Virus record (IMG/VR): IMGVR_UViG_3300018050_001983
Coordinates: 1-25,708 of that record
Direction: 5' to 3' (one strand)
Source of the DNA: a virus
Lineage: Duplodnaviria; Caudoviricetes
Length of the DNA stretch: 25,708 nt
Each line of letters opens with the position of its first letter. Position 1 is the first letter of the stretch. The notes beneath the pieces are model-generated. The model was not told where the DNA came from. It worked only from the letters and a program-made list of their open reading frames with translations, and did not search any database. Shown one piece after another: positions 1 to 9,557 of the stretch. A program made the translations under genes and the position numbers.

Positions 1-1
1 G

Positions 2-1234
2 CTTGCTAAAGCAAAAGGTTTGAAGAAAGCTGACTTAGACGGTGACGGTGATATGGAAAAAGTCAGAGAAAGTGAACAGATTTCCGAATGCGGAGAAATG
101 GGTCCAATGGCTAATGGTATGGATAATAACGAAGGTAAAATGAATATTAGTACAAACATGAGCAGTGATGGCAATAAAAGTGTTACTGTAACTGCAGATG
201 GCGATGCTGCTGTACAATTGATGCAACTATTATCTTTAGCTGGTATGGAAACAAAACAACCTGAAATTGAACAAATGTATGAAGCCAAAGATTCCCGTTA
301 CGAAGCAAGCACAACACCAGAAGAAAAAGTTTTACCTTTAGAAACACAATTACAAGGTGGCACAGGCGAAGTTGCTGGTAAAACTAAGAAAATGGTTAAA
401 GATGGCGCTGCCAGATTCAGTGACAGCCCTATTGCAGTAAAAGAATCTGTATCATTAAGTTTTCTTAAAGAATATGAATCTTTACTTCTAAAAAAAAAGA
501 TAAATGAATCAGATAGTCCCCAGGTGCAGGATCGTTTTGGTCTAGAGCTTGGGGATTTTCTTATAGAAATGAATATAGTAAATCTAACACAAGATGGTTT
601 CGTCTTAGAAGCGGATGAGTATGCCTATAATTATCTTAATAAATTAGGATATTTAGATAAAGAAAAAATAAATGAAGCAGAAATAATCACTGAAGGTCCA
701 ACTAAAGTTGTAGAAATCGAAGACTCAGAAACAGGCGATCTTATAGAAGTTGAAATTGAATACGAAACTTATGACGGTGAATTAGATTTCGTTAACACCA
801 AAGTATTGAATAATCCTACTAAACAATTAAATCAATCAGAATTAGATCAAGCTGAAAAAGAACTAATTAGTCTGTTAAAAAGTCGTGCAGAAAGAGACTA
901 TGATGATTATGATAGAAACGATTATCAAAGCTCTAGAGAAAAAGAATATTACAGTAAATTTCCCATGCACTATGCAGGGTTAAAAGACACATTAGAAGCT
1001 AAGTATCAAGGTCGTGAAGTTCCATTAGGCAAACCTATGCAGGGAGATGTTAAAAAATCTAAAGTGTATGTAAAAGGGCCCAAAGGCAATGTAGTGAAAG
1101 TGAATTTTGGTGACCCAAATATGCGTATTAAAAAATCCAATCCTAAACGCCGTAAAAGTTTTAGAGCAAGACATAATTGTGCAAATCCCGGTCCGAGGTG
1201 GAAGGCTCGTTACTGGTCCTGTAGAATGTGGTGA
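2..1234 (+). CDS. Acidic phage virion/head-associated protein with conserved basic C-terminal domain (5' partial)
   Basis: Frame is open from base 2, so the true start is probably upstream of the window. Very acidic body, then a basic tail YQGREVPLGKP...RRKSFRARHNC..PGPRWKARYWSCRMW of the kind seen in large T4-like phages. Confidence 0.7.
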   Translation, partial: LAKAKGLKKADLDGDGDMEKVRESEQISECGEMGPMANGMDNNEGKMNISTNMSSDGNKSVTVTADGDAAVQLMQLLSLAGMETKQPEIEQMYEAKDSRYEASTTPEEKVLPLETQLQGGTGEVAGKTKKMVKDGAARFSDSPIAVKESVSLSFLKEYESLLLKKKINESDSPQVQDRFGLELGDFLIEMNIVNLTQDGFVLEADEYAYNYLNKLGYLDKEKINEAEIITEGPTKVVEIEDSETGDLIEVEIEYETYDGELDFVNTKVLNNPTKQLNQSELDQAEKELISLLKSRAERDYDDYDRNDYQSSREKEYYSKFPMHYAGLKDTLEAKYQGREVPLGKPMQGDVKKSKVYVKGPKGNVVKVNFGDPNMRIKKSNPKRRKSFRARHNCANPGPRWKARYWSCRMW

Positions 1235-1238
1235 TATA

Positions 1239-1622
1239 ATGAAAATTAAAGAAATAATTACAGAAGATAAGGTAGGCAAGATTCCTGCCAGATTACAGGA
1301 TGCCACTGTTGGTTTAGATAAATTTAGAGACGATACTTTCGCTGATAGAATTTATGAACTAAATCGGGTAATGATGGCAGTTGCAGTGGCCGATGGAAAA
1401 AATAATATTAAGCCAGAAGTAGATGCAGAAAGCTGGGCTGGCAGAAATAACCTAGCATTTCCCTACACCGCCGAAGAACAAGAAATGTTGAAACAAGCTT
1501 TTGGAGTAATAGGAAGTCATTACCAAGATCTTAATAATGGGGATTTTAAAAGTTCAGAACTTGCAAGTACCTATACCAAAAGTCCTGTTGCTCCAGTTAA
1601 GAAAAACAAATATGGCGTCTAA
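1239..1622 (+). CDS. Hypothetical protein with N-terminal capsid-targeting-like peptide
   Basis: ATG at 1239, just after the previous stop, is preferred over the track's 1107 start. Begins MKIKEIITE, like 16590 (MKIKELFEA). Confidence 0.7.
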   Translation: MKIKEIITEDKVGKIPARLQDATVGLDKFRDDTFADRIYELNRVMMAVAVADGKNNIKPEVDAESWAGRNNLAFPYTAEEQEMLKQAFGVIGSHYQDLNNGDFKSSELASTYTKSPVAPVKKNKYGV

Positions 1623-2140
1623 TTAGGCTCAATACCTAAGTATTTGTACCAACCTGGATGCTGCACTTTTACAGTTCTTGCACGCCATTTGTTAATTAAA
1701 TGATAATGATCTGGCTTAAATGGCATACGATTAGGCTTAATTAACTTTGACCCTTTTTTACTATTGCATGTTCGGCAAGCAGATACACAATTTTCCCAAT
1801 TAGTTTTACCACCATGCTTTCTTGGTATTACATGATCAATTGTTAAATCAAATGGTCTAAAAGTATCTAAACAATATTGACATTGATACATATCCCGTAG
1901 GAATAAATTATGTCTGCTGAACTTTGCAGACTTTTTAAAAGAAAAATATTCCGTTGTGACAGCCACACTGGGGACATTTATAGTTAATTTTTCACTGTGA
2001 ATCTTCCAATCATCATATTGTTCTAATACCACAATTCTGTCCATAAACATTAATTTAATGGCATGCTGCCAACTAATAACACTAAGTGGTAATATACTGA
2101 TAGGATTGCAATCTTGATTTAAAAGTAAACAGTCACTCAT
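1619..2140 (-). CDS. HNH endonuclease (McrA-like)
   Basis: RDMYQCQYC...TIDHVIPRKHGGKTNWENCVSACRTCNSKKG motif. Confidence 0.9.
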   Translation of the reverse strand: MSDCLLLNQDCNPISILPLSVISWQHAIKLMFMDRIVVLEQYDDWKIHSEKLTINVPSVAVTTEYFSFKKSAKFSRHNLFLRDMYQCQYCLDTFRPFDLTIDHVIPRKHGGKTNWENCVSACRTCNSKKGSKLIKPNRMPFKPDHYHLINKWRARTVKVQHPGWYKYLGIEPN

Positions 2141-2203
2141 CTTAACACCAAATATCTTAAATAAATAATTATATACTGTTATATATATTTAAACAACCAA
2201 GTT

Positions 2204-3769
2204 ATGTCCAAAACAATTGAATCAGTTTTAATTAAAAAACCTAATAAGAAAGAGTCGTATACTGAATTTCAAATTAAGGAATTTTTAAAATGTGCTGATC
2301 CTAACACTGGGCCAGAATATTTTCTAACAAATTATTTTTTTATACAACATCCTACTAAAGGTAGATTAAAGTACACCCCATTCGAATACCAAAACAGATT
2401 AGTTAAAACTTATCATAATTACAGATACAGTATTAGCCTAATGCCAAGGCAAACAGGTAAAAGCACCACTGCTGCAGGGTATTTATTATGGTTTGCTATG
2501 TTTGTTCCTGATAGCACTATCTTAGTAGCAGCTCACAAATATACAGGCTCACAAGAAATTATGCAAAGAATAAGGTATGGTTATGAAAGTGTGCCCGATT
2601 TTATTAGAGCAGGAGCAGTTACTTATAATAAAGGTAGTATAGACTTTGACAATAATTCTAGAATAGTAAGTACAACTACTACAGAGAATACTGGTCGAGG
2701 CATGAGTATTAGTTTACTTTATTTAGACGAATTCGCATTCGTAAGACCAACCATAGCACGAGAGTTTTGGACATCTATAAGCCCAACTTTAGCAACTGGT
2801 GGTAAATGTATAATAACTAGCACACCAAACAGCGATGAAGACCAATTCGCTGAAATATGGAAATTAGCTAATAAGTGTCAAGATGAATATGGTAATGAAA
2901 CAGAATTGGGTATTAATGGGTTTAAGGCTTTCCGCAGTTATTGGCATGAGCATCCAGAAAGAGATGAAAAATGGGCAGAACAACAAAAAGCTCAATTAGG
3001 TGAAGAGCGTTTTGAACGCGAAATGAATTGTAGATTTATTATTTTTGATGAAACATTAATTAACAGTATAACATTAGCAGAAATGGCAGGAATAGACCCT
3101 GCTTATAAAACTGGTCAAGTAAGATGGTATAAAAAGCCTACTAAAGGTAATACATATGTTGTTGCATTAGATCCTAGTCTAGGCACTGGAGGCGATTATA
3201 GTGCAATAGAAGTTTTAGAATTACCAAGCATGCAGCAAGTGGCAGAATGGCAGCATAATAAAACACCTATCCAACAACAAATAAAAATATTAGCAGAGAT
3301 TTGTTCTGAAATAAACGATAGTATAGAATCTATAGAACACATATATTACAGTGTGGAAAATAACACTTTGGGCGAAGCAGCATTGGTAGTAATTAATGAA
3401 TATGGCGAAGAAAACTTTAAAGGTATTTTCTTAAGTGAGCCAAAAAAGCAAGGAACTTCAAGAGTATACAGAAAAGGATTTAACACTACAAACAGATCTA
3501 AACTTACAGTATGTGCCACTTTTAAAAACTTAGTTGAAACCAAAAAATTAAAATTAGCCAGTAAACCTTTAGTAAGCCAATTAAAAAATTTCATTGCATC
3601 AGGAGGTAGTTATGCTGCTAAATTGGGAGAAAAAGACGACCTTGTTATGTCGTTATTGCTAACAGTTAGAATGGCAGTGCTAATACGAGAATTCGATGCA
3701 AGTTTAGATGACAGAATGCCTCAAGATGAGCAAGAATTAATACTGCCCATGCCCTTTTTAATGTCTTAA
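2204..3769 (+). CDS. terL: Terminase large subunit (T4 gp17-like)
   Basis: Walker A PRQTGKST, Walker B LLYLDEFAF, ITSTPN coupling motif, RNase H-type nuclease VVALDPS...DDLVMS. Confidence 0.95.
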   Translation: MSKTIESVLIKKPNKKESYTEFQIKEFLKCADPNTGPEYFLTNYFFIQHPTKGRLKYTPFEYQNRLVKTYHNYRYSISLMPRQTGKSTTAAGYLLWFAMFVPDSTILVAAHKYTGSQEIMQRIRYGYESVPDFIRAGAVTYNKGSIDFDNNSRIVSTTTTENTGRGMSISLLYLDEFAFVRPTIAREFWTSISPTLATGGKCIITSTPNSDEDQFAEIWKLANKCQDEYGNETELGINGFKAFRSYWHEHPERDEKWAEQQKAQLGEERFEREMNCRFIIFDETLINSITLAEMAGIDPAYKTGQVRWYKKPTKGNTYVVALDPSLGTGGDYSAIEVLELPSMQQVAEWQHNKTPIQQQIKILAEICSEINDSIESIEHIYYSVENNTLGEAALVVINEYGEENFKGIFLSEPKKQGTSRVYRKGFNTTNRSKLTVCATFKNLVETKKLKLASKPLVSQLKNFIASGGSYAAKLGEKDDLVMSLLLTVRMAVLIREFDASLDDRMPQDEQELILPMPFLMS

Positions 3770-3799
3770 GTTTAGTAAAAATTAACTAAATAATATATT

Positions 3800-5221
3800 A
3801 TGATTACTATTAAAGAAATAGCCAAAGAAGTTTATGATAAAATAGCAAATGTTTATCAACATGGTTTTCAGATGAAAGATGAAAACGGAAAAGATACAAC
3901 AAAACCCAGTGATGCTAAACTTTTTATATTTCCTTTTTTAAAAGGCCATGATTTCAGTCAGATTATGGTTACATTAAGTGACGGTACAGATGATCAACAA
4001 GATGAAAAACATAATGGAAAACTTAGTGTTCAGTATTACGAAAACATTGACAAATACTTAACACCAGCCCTTAAAGAGCAATGGAAGAATTTTAGATTAG
4101 GTTTAAAAGATATTGCAATTAGAAACCTGTGGGATTACGATGATCAAAACATTAGTAGGCCTGCTTTTACTAAAAAACCAGAAACAGACACAACTGATAT
4201 TACTATTGATAACTTAAAACACAAAACAGACATAGCGGAAAGTTTAACTGGAACTTCTAGAACAAGCTATCAAAACTTAGGTCCAGTGAGAATTATTGCT
4301 AGACATTTTAAAAAAATAGATCCTGAACAGTCTGGAGCAAGGTCAAGAAACATTGGTAATTTGTTTATAGAAACTGCTGAAGGTGAACGATTTAAATGCC
4401 CAGAAGGCACTACATTAAACGGCGCAAGAGCAATAGCAAGACATTTTAAAAATGGTGGCAATTTACAAGATGACTTTGGCCAACATATTACTACCATCAT
4501 TAAAGAAATGCATGATTTAAGATTTTTTGTTAGAAATATGCGGGGAAAAACATTTGAAGATGTAGATACAAACAACATGGTACAAACTGCTATAGATCAT
4601 TATGGTGATTTGCATAGAACATTGTTTAGCCTTAGAGGACAAAGAGGATATAACCAATATAAAGAACTTTGGGAACCTGAACAAGATTCAGATAATACTT
4701 TTGATTTAATTGAACTAAAGGAAAAATTTAGTAGAAAAGTGTTTGACGAAAGACTTACAGTAGCATTGCCTATTGTTGATAAATTATATAAAAAAGCCAA
4801 AAGCCGAGAGTTACAAGAATTTGAGGATTGGTCATCTGACATAATTGAAGAAATAGAAAACAATCCAATAGATAAACAAAATACTGAACAGATAAGTCAA
4901 AAAGCTGATATTGAAGAAAATATTTTTGACAACGAGGATATTGATCCTAAGATTCAAAGTATATTAGACAAAAATGGTTTTCTATACAACATTGAAGATG
5001 GTACAGTTTTTTTTGATAGCCAGGAAGAAGTAGAAAGAGCCAAAGATTTCTTTGCTGCGGAAGATCCAAACATGGAATTTCCCAAAATGGGCGTTAGCAA
5101 CTATAATTATGGATTGTATGGTGCCACTACTAACGATCGAGAAATCGTAGACCAAAGACCAATGGAAGAATCTAAAAATAATATTTTGGATATGATAAAA
5201 TTGGCGGGTTTAGCCAAATAG
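3800..5221 (+). CDS. Hypothetical phage protein downstream of terminase
   Basis: 473-aa ORF preceded by late-promoter-like TAAATA (3787-3792); no motif recognised. Confidence 0.75.
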   Translation: MITIKEIAKEVYDKIANVYQHGFQMKDENGKDTTKPSDAKLFIFPFLKGHDFSQIMVTLSDGTDDQQDEKHNGKLSVQYYENIDKYLTPALKEQWKNFRLGLKDIAIRNLWDYDDQNISRPAFTKKPETDTTDITIDNLKHKTDIAESLTGTSRTSYQNLGPVRIIARHFKKIDPEQSGARSRNIGNLFIETAEGERFKCPEGTTLNGARAIARHFKNGGNLQDDFGQHITTIIKEMHDLRFFVRNMRGKTFEDVDTNNMVQTAIDHYGDLHRTLFSLRGQRGYNQYKELWEPEQDSDNTFDLIELKEKFSRKVFDERLTVALPIVDKLYKKAKSRELQEFEDWSSDIIEEIENNPIDKQNTEQISQKADIEENIFDNEDIDPKIQSILDKNGFLYNIEDGTVFFDSQEEVERAKDFFAAEDPNMEFPKMGVSNYNYGLYGATTNDREIVDQRPMEESKNNILDMIKLAGLAK

Positions 5222-5283
5222 TTTGATTTCTATTTAAGAAATTTGTATAGTACTCCTGTGCATTACAAATTTATATCTTTTCA

Positions 5284-5313
5284 TTGACATGATAAATATA
5301 TTTGTTATATAAT
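5284..5313 (+). promoter_or_regulatory. sigma70-type promoter of the SSB gene, with nested TAAATA
   Basis: TTGACA 5284-5289, 18-bp spacer, TATAAT 5308-5313; TAAATA at 5293-5298. Confidence 0.65.
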
Positions 5314-5371
5314 TGCAAGGTGCAGTTATATATCTAGGCACATATTAAGACCATCTTAAGGAGAAAACATT

Positions 5372-6406
5372 ATGGCAACTTCATTGGCAGACATTAGGGC
5401 AAGACTTCAGGCACAAGCAGATCGTTCAAGTGGTACCGCAACAGTATCAGATAACGCAATTTATGCACATTGGAATATTCCAGAAAACACAATTGCACGA
5501 GTAAGATTCCTTCCAGACGCTAATCCCAAAAACACTTTCTTTTGGATTGAACGAGCAATGATTAAATTGCCGTTTGCAGGTATTGAAGGGCAACCAGACA
5601 GCAAACCAGTTACAGTACAAGTTCCTTGCGTAGAAATGTGGAACGACACTTGTCCTATTCTTGCTGAGGTTCGTACTTGGTTTAAAGATCCAAATCTTGA
5701 GGATATGGGTCGTAAGTATTGGAAAAAGCGTTCATATCTATTTCAAGGATTTGTAAGGGATAATCCGTTGTCAGATGACAAACAGCCTGAAAATCCTATC
5801 CGTCGGTTTGTAATTAGTAGTCAGATTTTTAATCTGATTAAAAATGCACTTATGGATCCAGAACTAGAAAATCTACCTACAGATTATGATGCTGGGCTAG
5901 ATTTCAATATTAAAAAGATTAGTAAAGCAGGTTATGCTGATTATAATACTAGCACATGGGCTCGTAAAGAATCGGCACTAACAGCACAAGAACGCGAAGC
6001 TATTGAAAAGTTTGGACTTTATAACCTATCCGACTTTTTGCCTAAACGGCCTGAGGCTAATGAATTGGCAATTATGAAAGAAATGTTTGAAGCAAGTGTG
6101 AACGGTGAACCTTATCAAATGAAATGGGCAAACCATTTTAAACCAATGGGGGTTAACCTTAATACTACTTCTAGCTCAACTAGCACAACATCATCTGCTG
6201 TGGATGTAGATGATGAGCCAGAAACAGTTACTAAACCAGTAGCAACTGCTCGCGTTACTCCTAAAACTACAGTAACCGCTCCAGTATCAGTAGACGAAGA
6301 TGAAGATCCCCCATTTGATCCTGATCCAGTTGTTAAGCCAGCTAAATCTAGCAGCCAACGAGCTGAAGATATTCTAGCAATGATTCGCAATAGGCAAAAA
6401 CAATAA
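5372..6406 (+). CDS. 32: Single-stranded DNA-binding protein (T4 gp32 family)
   Basis: VRFLPD, C-x6-CPI, KYWKKRSY core motifs; acidic/Ser-Thr-rich tail; strong SD AAGGAG. Confidence 0.9.
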   Translation: MATSLADIRARLQAQADRSSGTATVSDNAIYAHWNIPENTIARVRFLPDANPKNTFFWIERAMIKLPFAGIEGQPDSKPVTVQVPCVEMWNDTCPILAEVRTWFKDPNLEDMGRKYWKKRSYLFQGFVRDNPLSDDKQPENPIRRFVISSQIFNLIKNALMDPELENLPTDYDAGLDFNIKKISKAGYADYNTSTWARKESALTAQEREAIEKFGLYNLSDFLPKRPEANELAIMKEMFEASVNGEPYQMKWANHFKPMGVNLNTTSSSTSTTSSAVDVDDEPETVTKPVATARVTPKTTVTAPVSVDEDEDPPFDPDPVVKPAKSSSQRAEDILAMIRNRQKQ

Positions 6407-6415
6407 TAGCAGTAC

Positions 6416-6441
6416 AAGGGCGTATATATACGCCCTTTTTT
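6416..6441 (+). terminator. Rho-independent terminator
   Basis: AAGGGCGTATA/TATACGCCCTT inverted repeat running into a T tract, right after the SSB stop. Confidence 0.8.
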
Positions 6442-6455
6442 AAAGGATATAAAAA

Positions 6456-6665
6456 ATGGCAAGAACTACAAAAGTAAATGAAAACTTTTCTCTAATTTAT
6501 AACAGCAGGGAAGAACAAACCGGCGATACAGTAATGGATGTTGATGTTAGGTTCGATAACCCGAAAGATGATTCAGTTCTTATTAAACATTTAAATTTGT
6601 GGCTAACGGCAATTGGGCGTACAGACATCGTAGTATCACCCAAAGAACATAAGTTGGGTAAATGA
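6456..6665 (+). CDS. Hypothetical protein
   Basis: 69-aa ORF with SD AAGGA between the SSB and recombinase genes. Confidence 0.75.
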   Translation: MARTTKVNENFSLIYNSREEQTGDTVMDVDVRFDNPKDDSVLIKHLNLWLTAIGRTDIVVSPKEHKLGK

Positions 6666-6679
6666 TCGAGGAATAAAAT

Positions 6680-7750
6680 ATGTCAACAAAACCTTTTGAT
6701 ATTAGTAAATTTAGAAAAAGCATTACCAAGAGCATTGATGGTATTAGTATTGGGTTCAAAGACCCTACTGATTGGGTCAGTACAGGTAACTATGCACTAA
6801 ATTATCTTATTAGCGGTACTTTTGATCGTGGTGTTCCATTGGGCAAAGTAACTGTATTTGCAGGTGAGTCTGGTGCAGGTAAAAGCTTTATCTGTGCAGG
6901 AAATTTAGTGCGAAATGCACAACAACAAGGCATTTATGTGGTGCTAATCGATACAGAAAATGCACTGGACGAAGCTTGGCTTAAGGCCTTAGATGTAGAT
7001 ACATCTGAGAAAAAACTGCTTAAACTAAACATGGCAATGATTGATGATGTTGCTAAAATGATTAGTGAATTTGTAAAAGAATATAAAACACTACCAGCAG
7101 ATGATAGGCCAAAAGTATTGTTTGTACTAGATAGTTTAGGTATGCTACTTACCCCTACAGATGTAAATCAATTTGATAGTGGTGATCTTAAAGGTGATAT
7201 GGGTCGTAAACCCAAAGCACTAACCGCTTTAGTAAGAAACTGTGTGAATATGTTTGGTGATCTTAACATTGGACTAGTGGCCACTAATCATACTTACGCA
7301 AGCCAAGATATGTTTGACCCGGATGATAAGATCAGCGGTGGTCAAGGTTTTATCTACGCAAGTAGTATTGTAGTGGCAATGAAAAAACTTAAACTAAAAG
7401 AAGATGAAGAAGGTAATAAGATTTCCGAAGTAAGAGGTATTCGTGCTGCTTGTAAAATTATGAAAACAAGGTATGCTAAACCGTTTGAAAGTGTACAGGT
7501 TAAAATTCCTTATGAGACAGGTATGAATGTCTATAGTGGACTAGTAGATCTATTTGAGGGCAAAGGGTATTTTACTAAAGATGGCAATAGGCTTAAATAC
7601 AGCCTAGTAGATGGTACTGAATTGAAATTATTCCGTAAAGAATGGGAAAGAAACGATTCAGGATGTTTGGATCAGGTTATGCAAGATGTATTAAAAAATC
7701 CACACAAACAATCTGCTATTGAAAATAGTGAGGTTACCAATGACAATTGA
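6680..7750 (+). CDS. uvsX: RecA-like recombinase (UvsX)
   Basis: STGNYALN, Walker A GESGAGKS, IDTENALD, VLDSLG, SGGQGFIYASS. Confidence 0.93.
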   Translation: MSTKPFDISKFRKSITKSIDGISIGFKDPTDWVSTGNYALNYLISGTFDRGVPLGKVTVFAGESGAGKSFICAGNLVRNAQQQGIYVVLIDTENALDEAWLKALDVDTSEKKLLKLNMAMIDDVAKMISEFVKEYKTLPADDRPKVLFVLDSLGMLLTPTDVNQFDSGDLKGDMGRKPKALTALVRNCVNMFGDLNIGLVATNHTYASQDMFDPDDKISGGQGFIYASSIVVAMKKLKLKEDEEGNKISEVRGIRAACKIMKTRYAKPFESVQVKIPYETGMNVYSGLVDLFEGKGYFTKDGNRLKYSLVDGTELKLFRKEWERNDSGCLDQVMQDVLKNPHKQSAIENSEVTNDN

Positions 7751-7967
7751 TATTGAAGTTTTAGCTGAAGTATATAGTATTCTAAAACAATATATTCCCA
7801 GTAAAGATCGTCAAGAAGCTGCTGATACTCTTATGAGTACATTAGTGGATGTTTTAGGCGATCAAGAACTTAAAGAGTTCGGCACAGTGGATGTATATAC
7901 TAAACGAAGCTATGATGAATATAGTGGCAATATTGATGATAGTGATGACGACGAATACGACGAATAA
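7740..7967 (+). CDS. Small acidic hypothetical protein
   Basis: ATG at 7740 with SD GAGG overlaps the end of uvsX; acidic tail; stop overlaps the next start (TAATG). Confidence 0.7.
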   Translation: MTIDIEVLAEVYSILKQYIPSKDRQEAADTLMSTLVDVLGDQELKEFGTVDVYTKRSYDEYSGNIDDSDDDEYDE

Positions 7968-8419
7968 TGTGGTACAATCAAATCGTACAGGACTTAGGAA
8001 ATATTCCTGAGTTTATTGCCTATTATGAAAATGAACTGAATAAAGCCAAATACGATTGTACCATTAAAGGAAATTTAGAAAAAAATCTTGCAGCACTTCC
8101 AGGTATTACTGAACACCGATTTAATCAATTGCAAGAAATAGAAGCAGTTCTAAATTTCCTTAATCTACAACTTAAAAAAATCCGCAAACGACACTTTCAA
8201 AAATATTTAGAAAATTACGCTAGAGCACTGACAAGTAGAGATGCAGAAAAATATGCCGATGGCGAACAAGAAGTTGTAGATTTCGAAACCATTATTAACG
8301 AAGTTGCTCTACTTCGTAATAAATGGTTAGGAATAATTAAAGGCCTTGAAAGTAAGAACTTTATGATGGGCCATGTGGTGCGTCTCAGGACTGCAGGTAT
8401 GGAAGATATTACTATTTAA
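7967..8419 (+). CDS. uvsY: Recombination mediator UvsY-like protein
   Basis: 150-aa helical protein two genes after uvsX, with YLENY.RALTSRDAEKY.DGE segment. Confidence 0.7.
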   Translation: MWYNQIVQDLGNIPEFIAYYENELNKAKYDCTIKGNLEKNLAALPGITEHRFNQLQEIEAVLNFLNLQLKKIRKRHFQKYLENYARALTSRDAEKYADGEQEVVDFETIINEVALLRNKWLGIIKGLESKNFMMGHVVRLRTAGMEDITI

Positions 8420-8523
8420 AAAATTCTGTGCTGCAGTCTAGTTCTATAACTTTTGGCTTTATACTCAGCAATCTTAATTGTAAAGCCTAAAATTTTATTA
8501 CCAATTATTTTCAATAGTTCCAT
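8416..8523 (-). CDS. Putative 35-aa peptide
   Basis: MELLKIIGNK...RLQHRIF; start overlaps the end of the 8511-8666 ORF; below track cutoff. Confidence 0.35.
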   Translation of the reverse strand: MELLKIIGNKILGFTIKIAEYKAKSYRTRLQHRIF

Positions 8524-8666
8524 GATGATAAATGCTTTCTCTCAAATTCTTTGGTTAAAAATTCTATTTCTGCTACACTCTGTGGGTTATGACGCTCAAT
8601 GTAAACTTCAATTATAGATTTATAGTTTGTTTCAAGTAACTTTTCAAGCCATTTTACTAACATCAT
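8511..8666 (-). CDS. Small protein, 51 aa (DUF3563-like pattern)
   Basis: MMLVKWLEKLL...YIERHNPQSVAEIEFLTKEFERK; SD GAGGA and upstream minus-strand TAAATA; missed by the ORF track. Confidence 0.65.
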   Translation of the reverse strand: MMLVKWLEKLLETNYKSIIEVYIERHNPQSVAEIEFLTKEFERKHLSSWNY

Positions 8667-8706
8667 TTTTAAGTCCTCTTTGTCTATAGTATTTAGTCAA
8701 TTTTAT

Positions 8707-8718
8707 TGCAATGCAGCA
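8707..8718. promoter_or_regulatory. PhaR-box-like operator
   Basis: TGCAATGCAGCA in the divergent intergenic region; fits the proteobacterial PhaR consensus TGCRNYGCASMA as recalled. Confidence 0.45.
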
Positions 8719-8755
8719 TTTTTGCTTATAATAAATAGTATTTTAAGGATTGTTT

Positions 8756-9292
8756 ATGTTACCAACTCTACTCAGTAATGAGGCAATAAAAAAACTATTG
8801 CTACTAGCAGAACACACTCCATCAGGTGCATTTGTAGAGATAGGGGTTTATAAGGGTGGGAGTGGTTGGCATTTGAGTCAGTTAGCTGAAATACAGAATA
8901 GAGACATTTATCTTTATGATACATTTGAAGGTTTACCTTATCATAGCAGTATAGATAAACATAAAGCAGGAGAATTTAATCATGCTTCATATGATGATAT
9001 TGTAAATGCAATTCCATATGCAACAATTGTAAAAGGAATTTTTCCTAACAGTGCAGTTGAGATGGGCGATATAGCATTCGTTCATTTTGATTGCGACCAA
9101 TATCAATCAATAAAAGAAGGTGTTGAATATTTGTTACCAAGAATAGTAAAAAATGGTATTATGTTATTTGATGATTATAATTGGTTAAAAGGTGCAACAC
9201 AGGCAGTGGATGAATTATTTGGCAAAAATAATTTACATTTTGTAGGTGCACCACATGCCAACAATTTGGATAGAGTGTACAAAATTATTTAA
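8756..9292 (+). CDS. TylF/MycF-family (macrocin O-)methyltransferase
   Basis: FVEIGVYKGGS, YDTFEGLP, IVKGIF, FVHFDCDQYQS, FDDYNW..GATQAVDE. Confidence 0.88.
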   Translation: MLPTLLSNEAIKKLLLLAEHTPSGAFVEIGVYKGGSGWHLSQLAEIQNRDIYLYDTFEGLPYHSSIDKHKAGEFNHASYDDIVNAIPYATIVKGIFPNSAVEMGDIAFVHFDCDQYQSIKEGVEYLLPRIVKNGIMLFDDYNWLKGATQAVDELFGKNNLHFVGAPHANNLDRVYKII

Positions 9293-9299
9293 AAAAAGT

Positions 9300-9328
9300 T
9301 TGACTTTTATTAGTAATGTATGTACAAT
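9300..9328 (+). promoter_or_regulatory. sigma70 promoter for the two tRNA-Ile genes
   Basis: TTGACT-17bp-TACAAT. Confidence 0.75.
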
Positions 9329-9351
9329 AGACAGTGTTGTAAGTAGTGAAT

Positions 9352-9443
9352 GCCCCTGTAGCTCAGTGGAAGAGCAGCGGATTTATACCCCGTAGCGCCA
9401 GATAAGCGGCAGGTCGTAGGTTCGAATCCTACCAGGGGCACCA
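9352..9443 (+). tRNA. tRNA-Ile(UAU) with 22-nt variable region
   Basis: Acceptor GCCCCTG/CAGGGGC, D stem GCTC/GAGC, anticodon loop TT-TAT-AC, T arm GTAGG-TTCGAAT-CCTAC, encoded ACCA. Confidence 0.88.
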
Positions 9444-9451
9444 AGATTTTA

Positions 9452-9529
9452 GGGCTTCTAGCTCATGGTGGTTAGAGCAATCGACTCATAATCGATAGGT
9501 GCTGGGTTCGACCCCCAGGGAGCCTACCA
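9452..9529 (+). tRNA. tRNA-Ile2(CAU), lysidine type (Met not excluded)
   Basis: Cloverleaf with arm ATCGA-CTCATAA-TCGAT resembling bacterial Ile2; ACCA end. Confidence 0.85.
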
Positions 9530-9557
9530 AATATTTTAGTAAATAGTTTTAAATTTA

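Noticed and set aside
1107-1238. Track start of ORF 1107-1622
   Set aside because: It overlaps the conserved C-terminus of the upstream gene; ATG 1239 gives a typical MKIKEI start.
3346-6462. Antisense ORFs within terL, 3800-5221 and the SSB gene (and similar ones at 18405, 20164, 23111, 23286, 23768, 24511)
   Set aside because: Short ORFs nested opposite longer motif-bearing genes, with no supporting signals.
2204-7750. Inteins or introns in terminase or UvsX
   Set aside because: Both have normal lengths and contiguous motifs.
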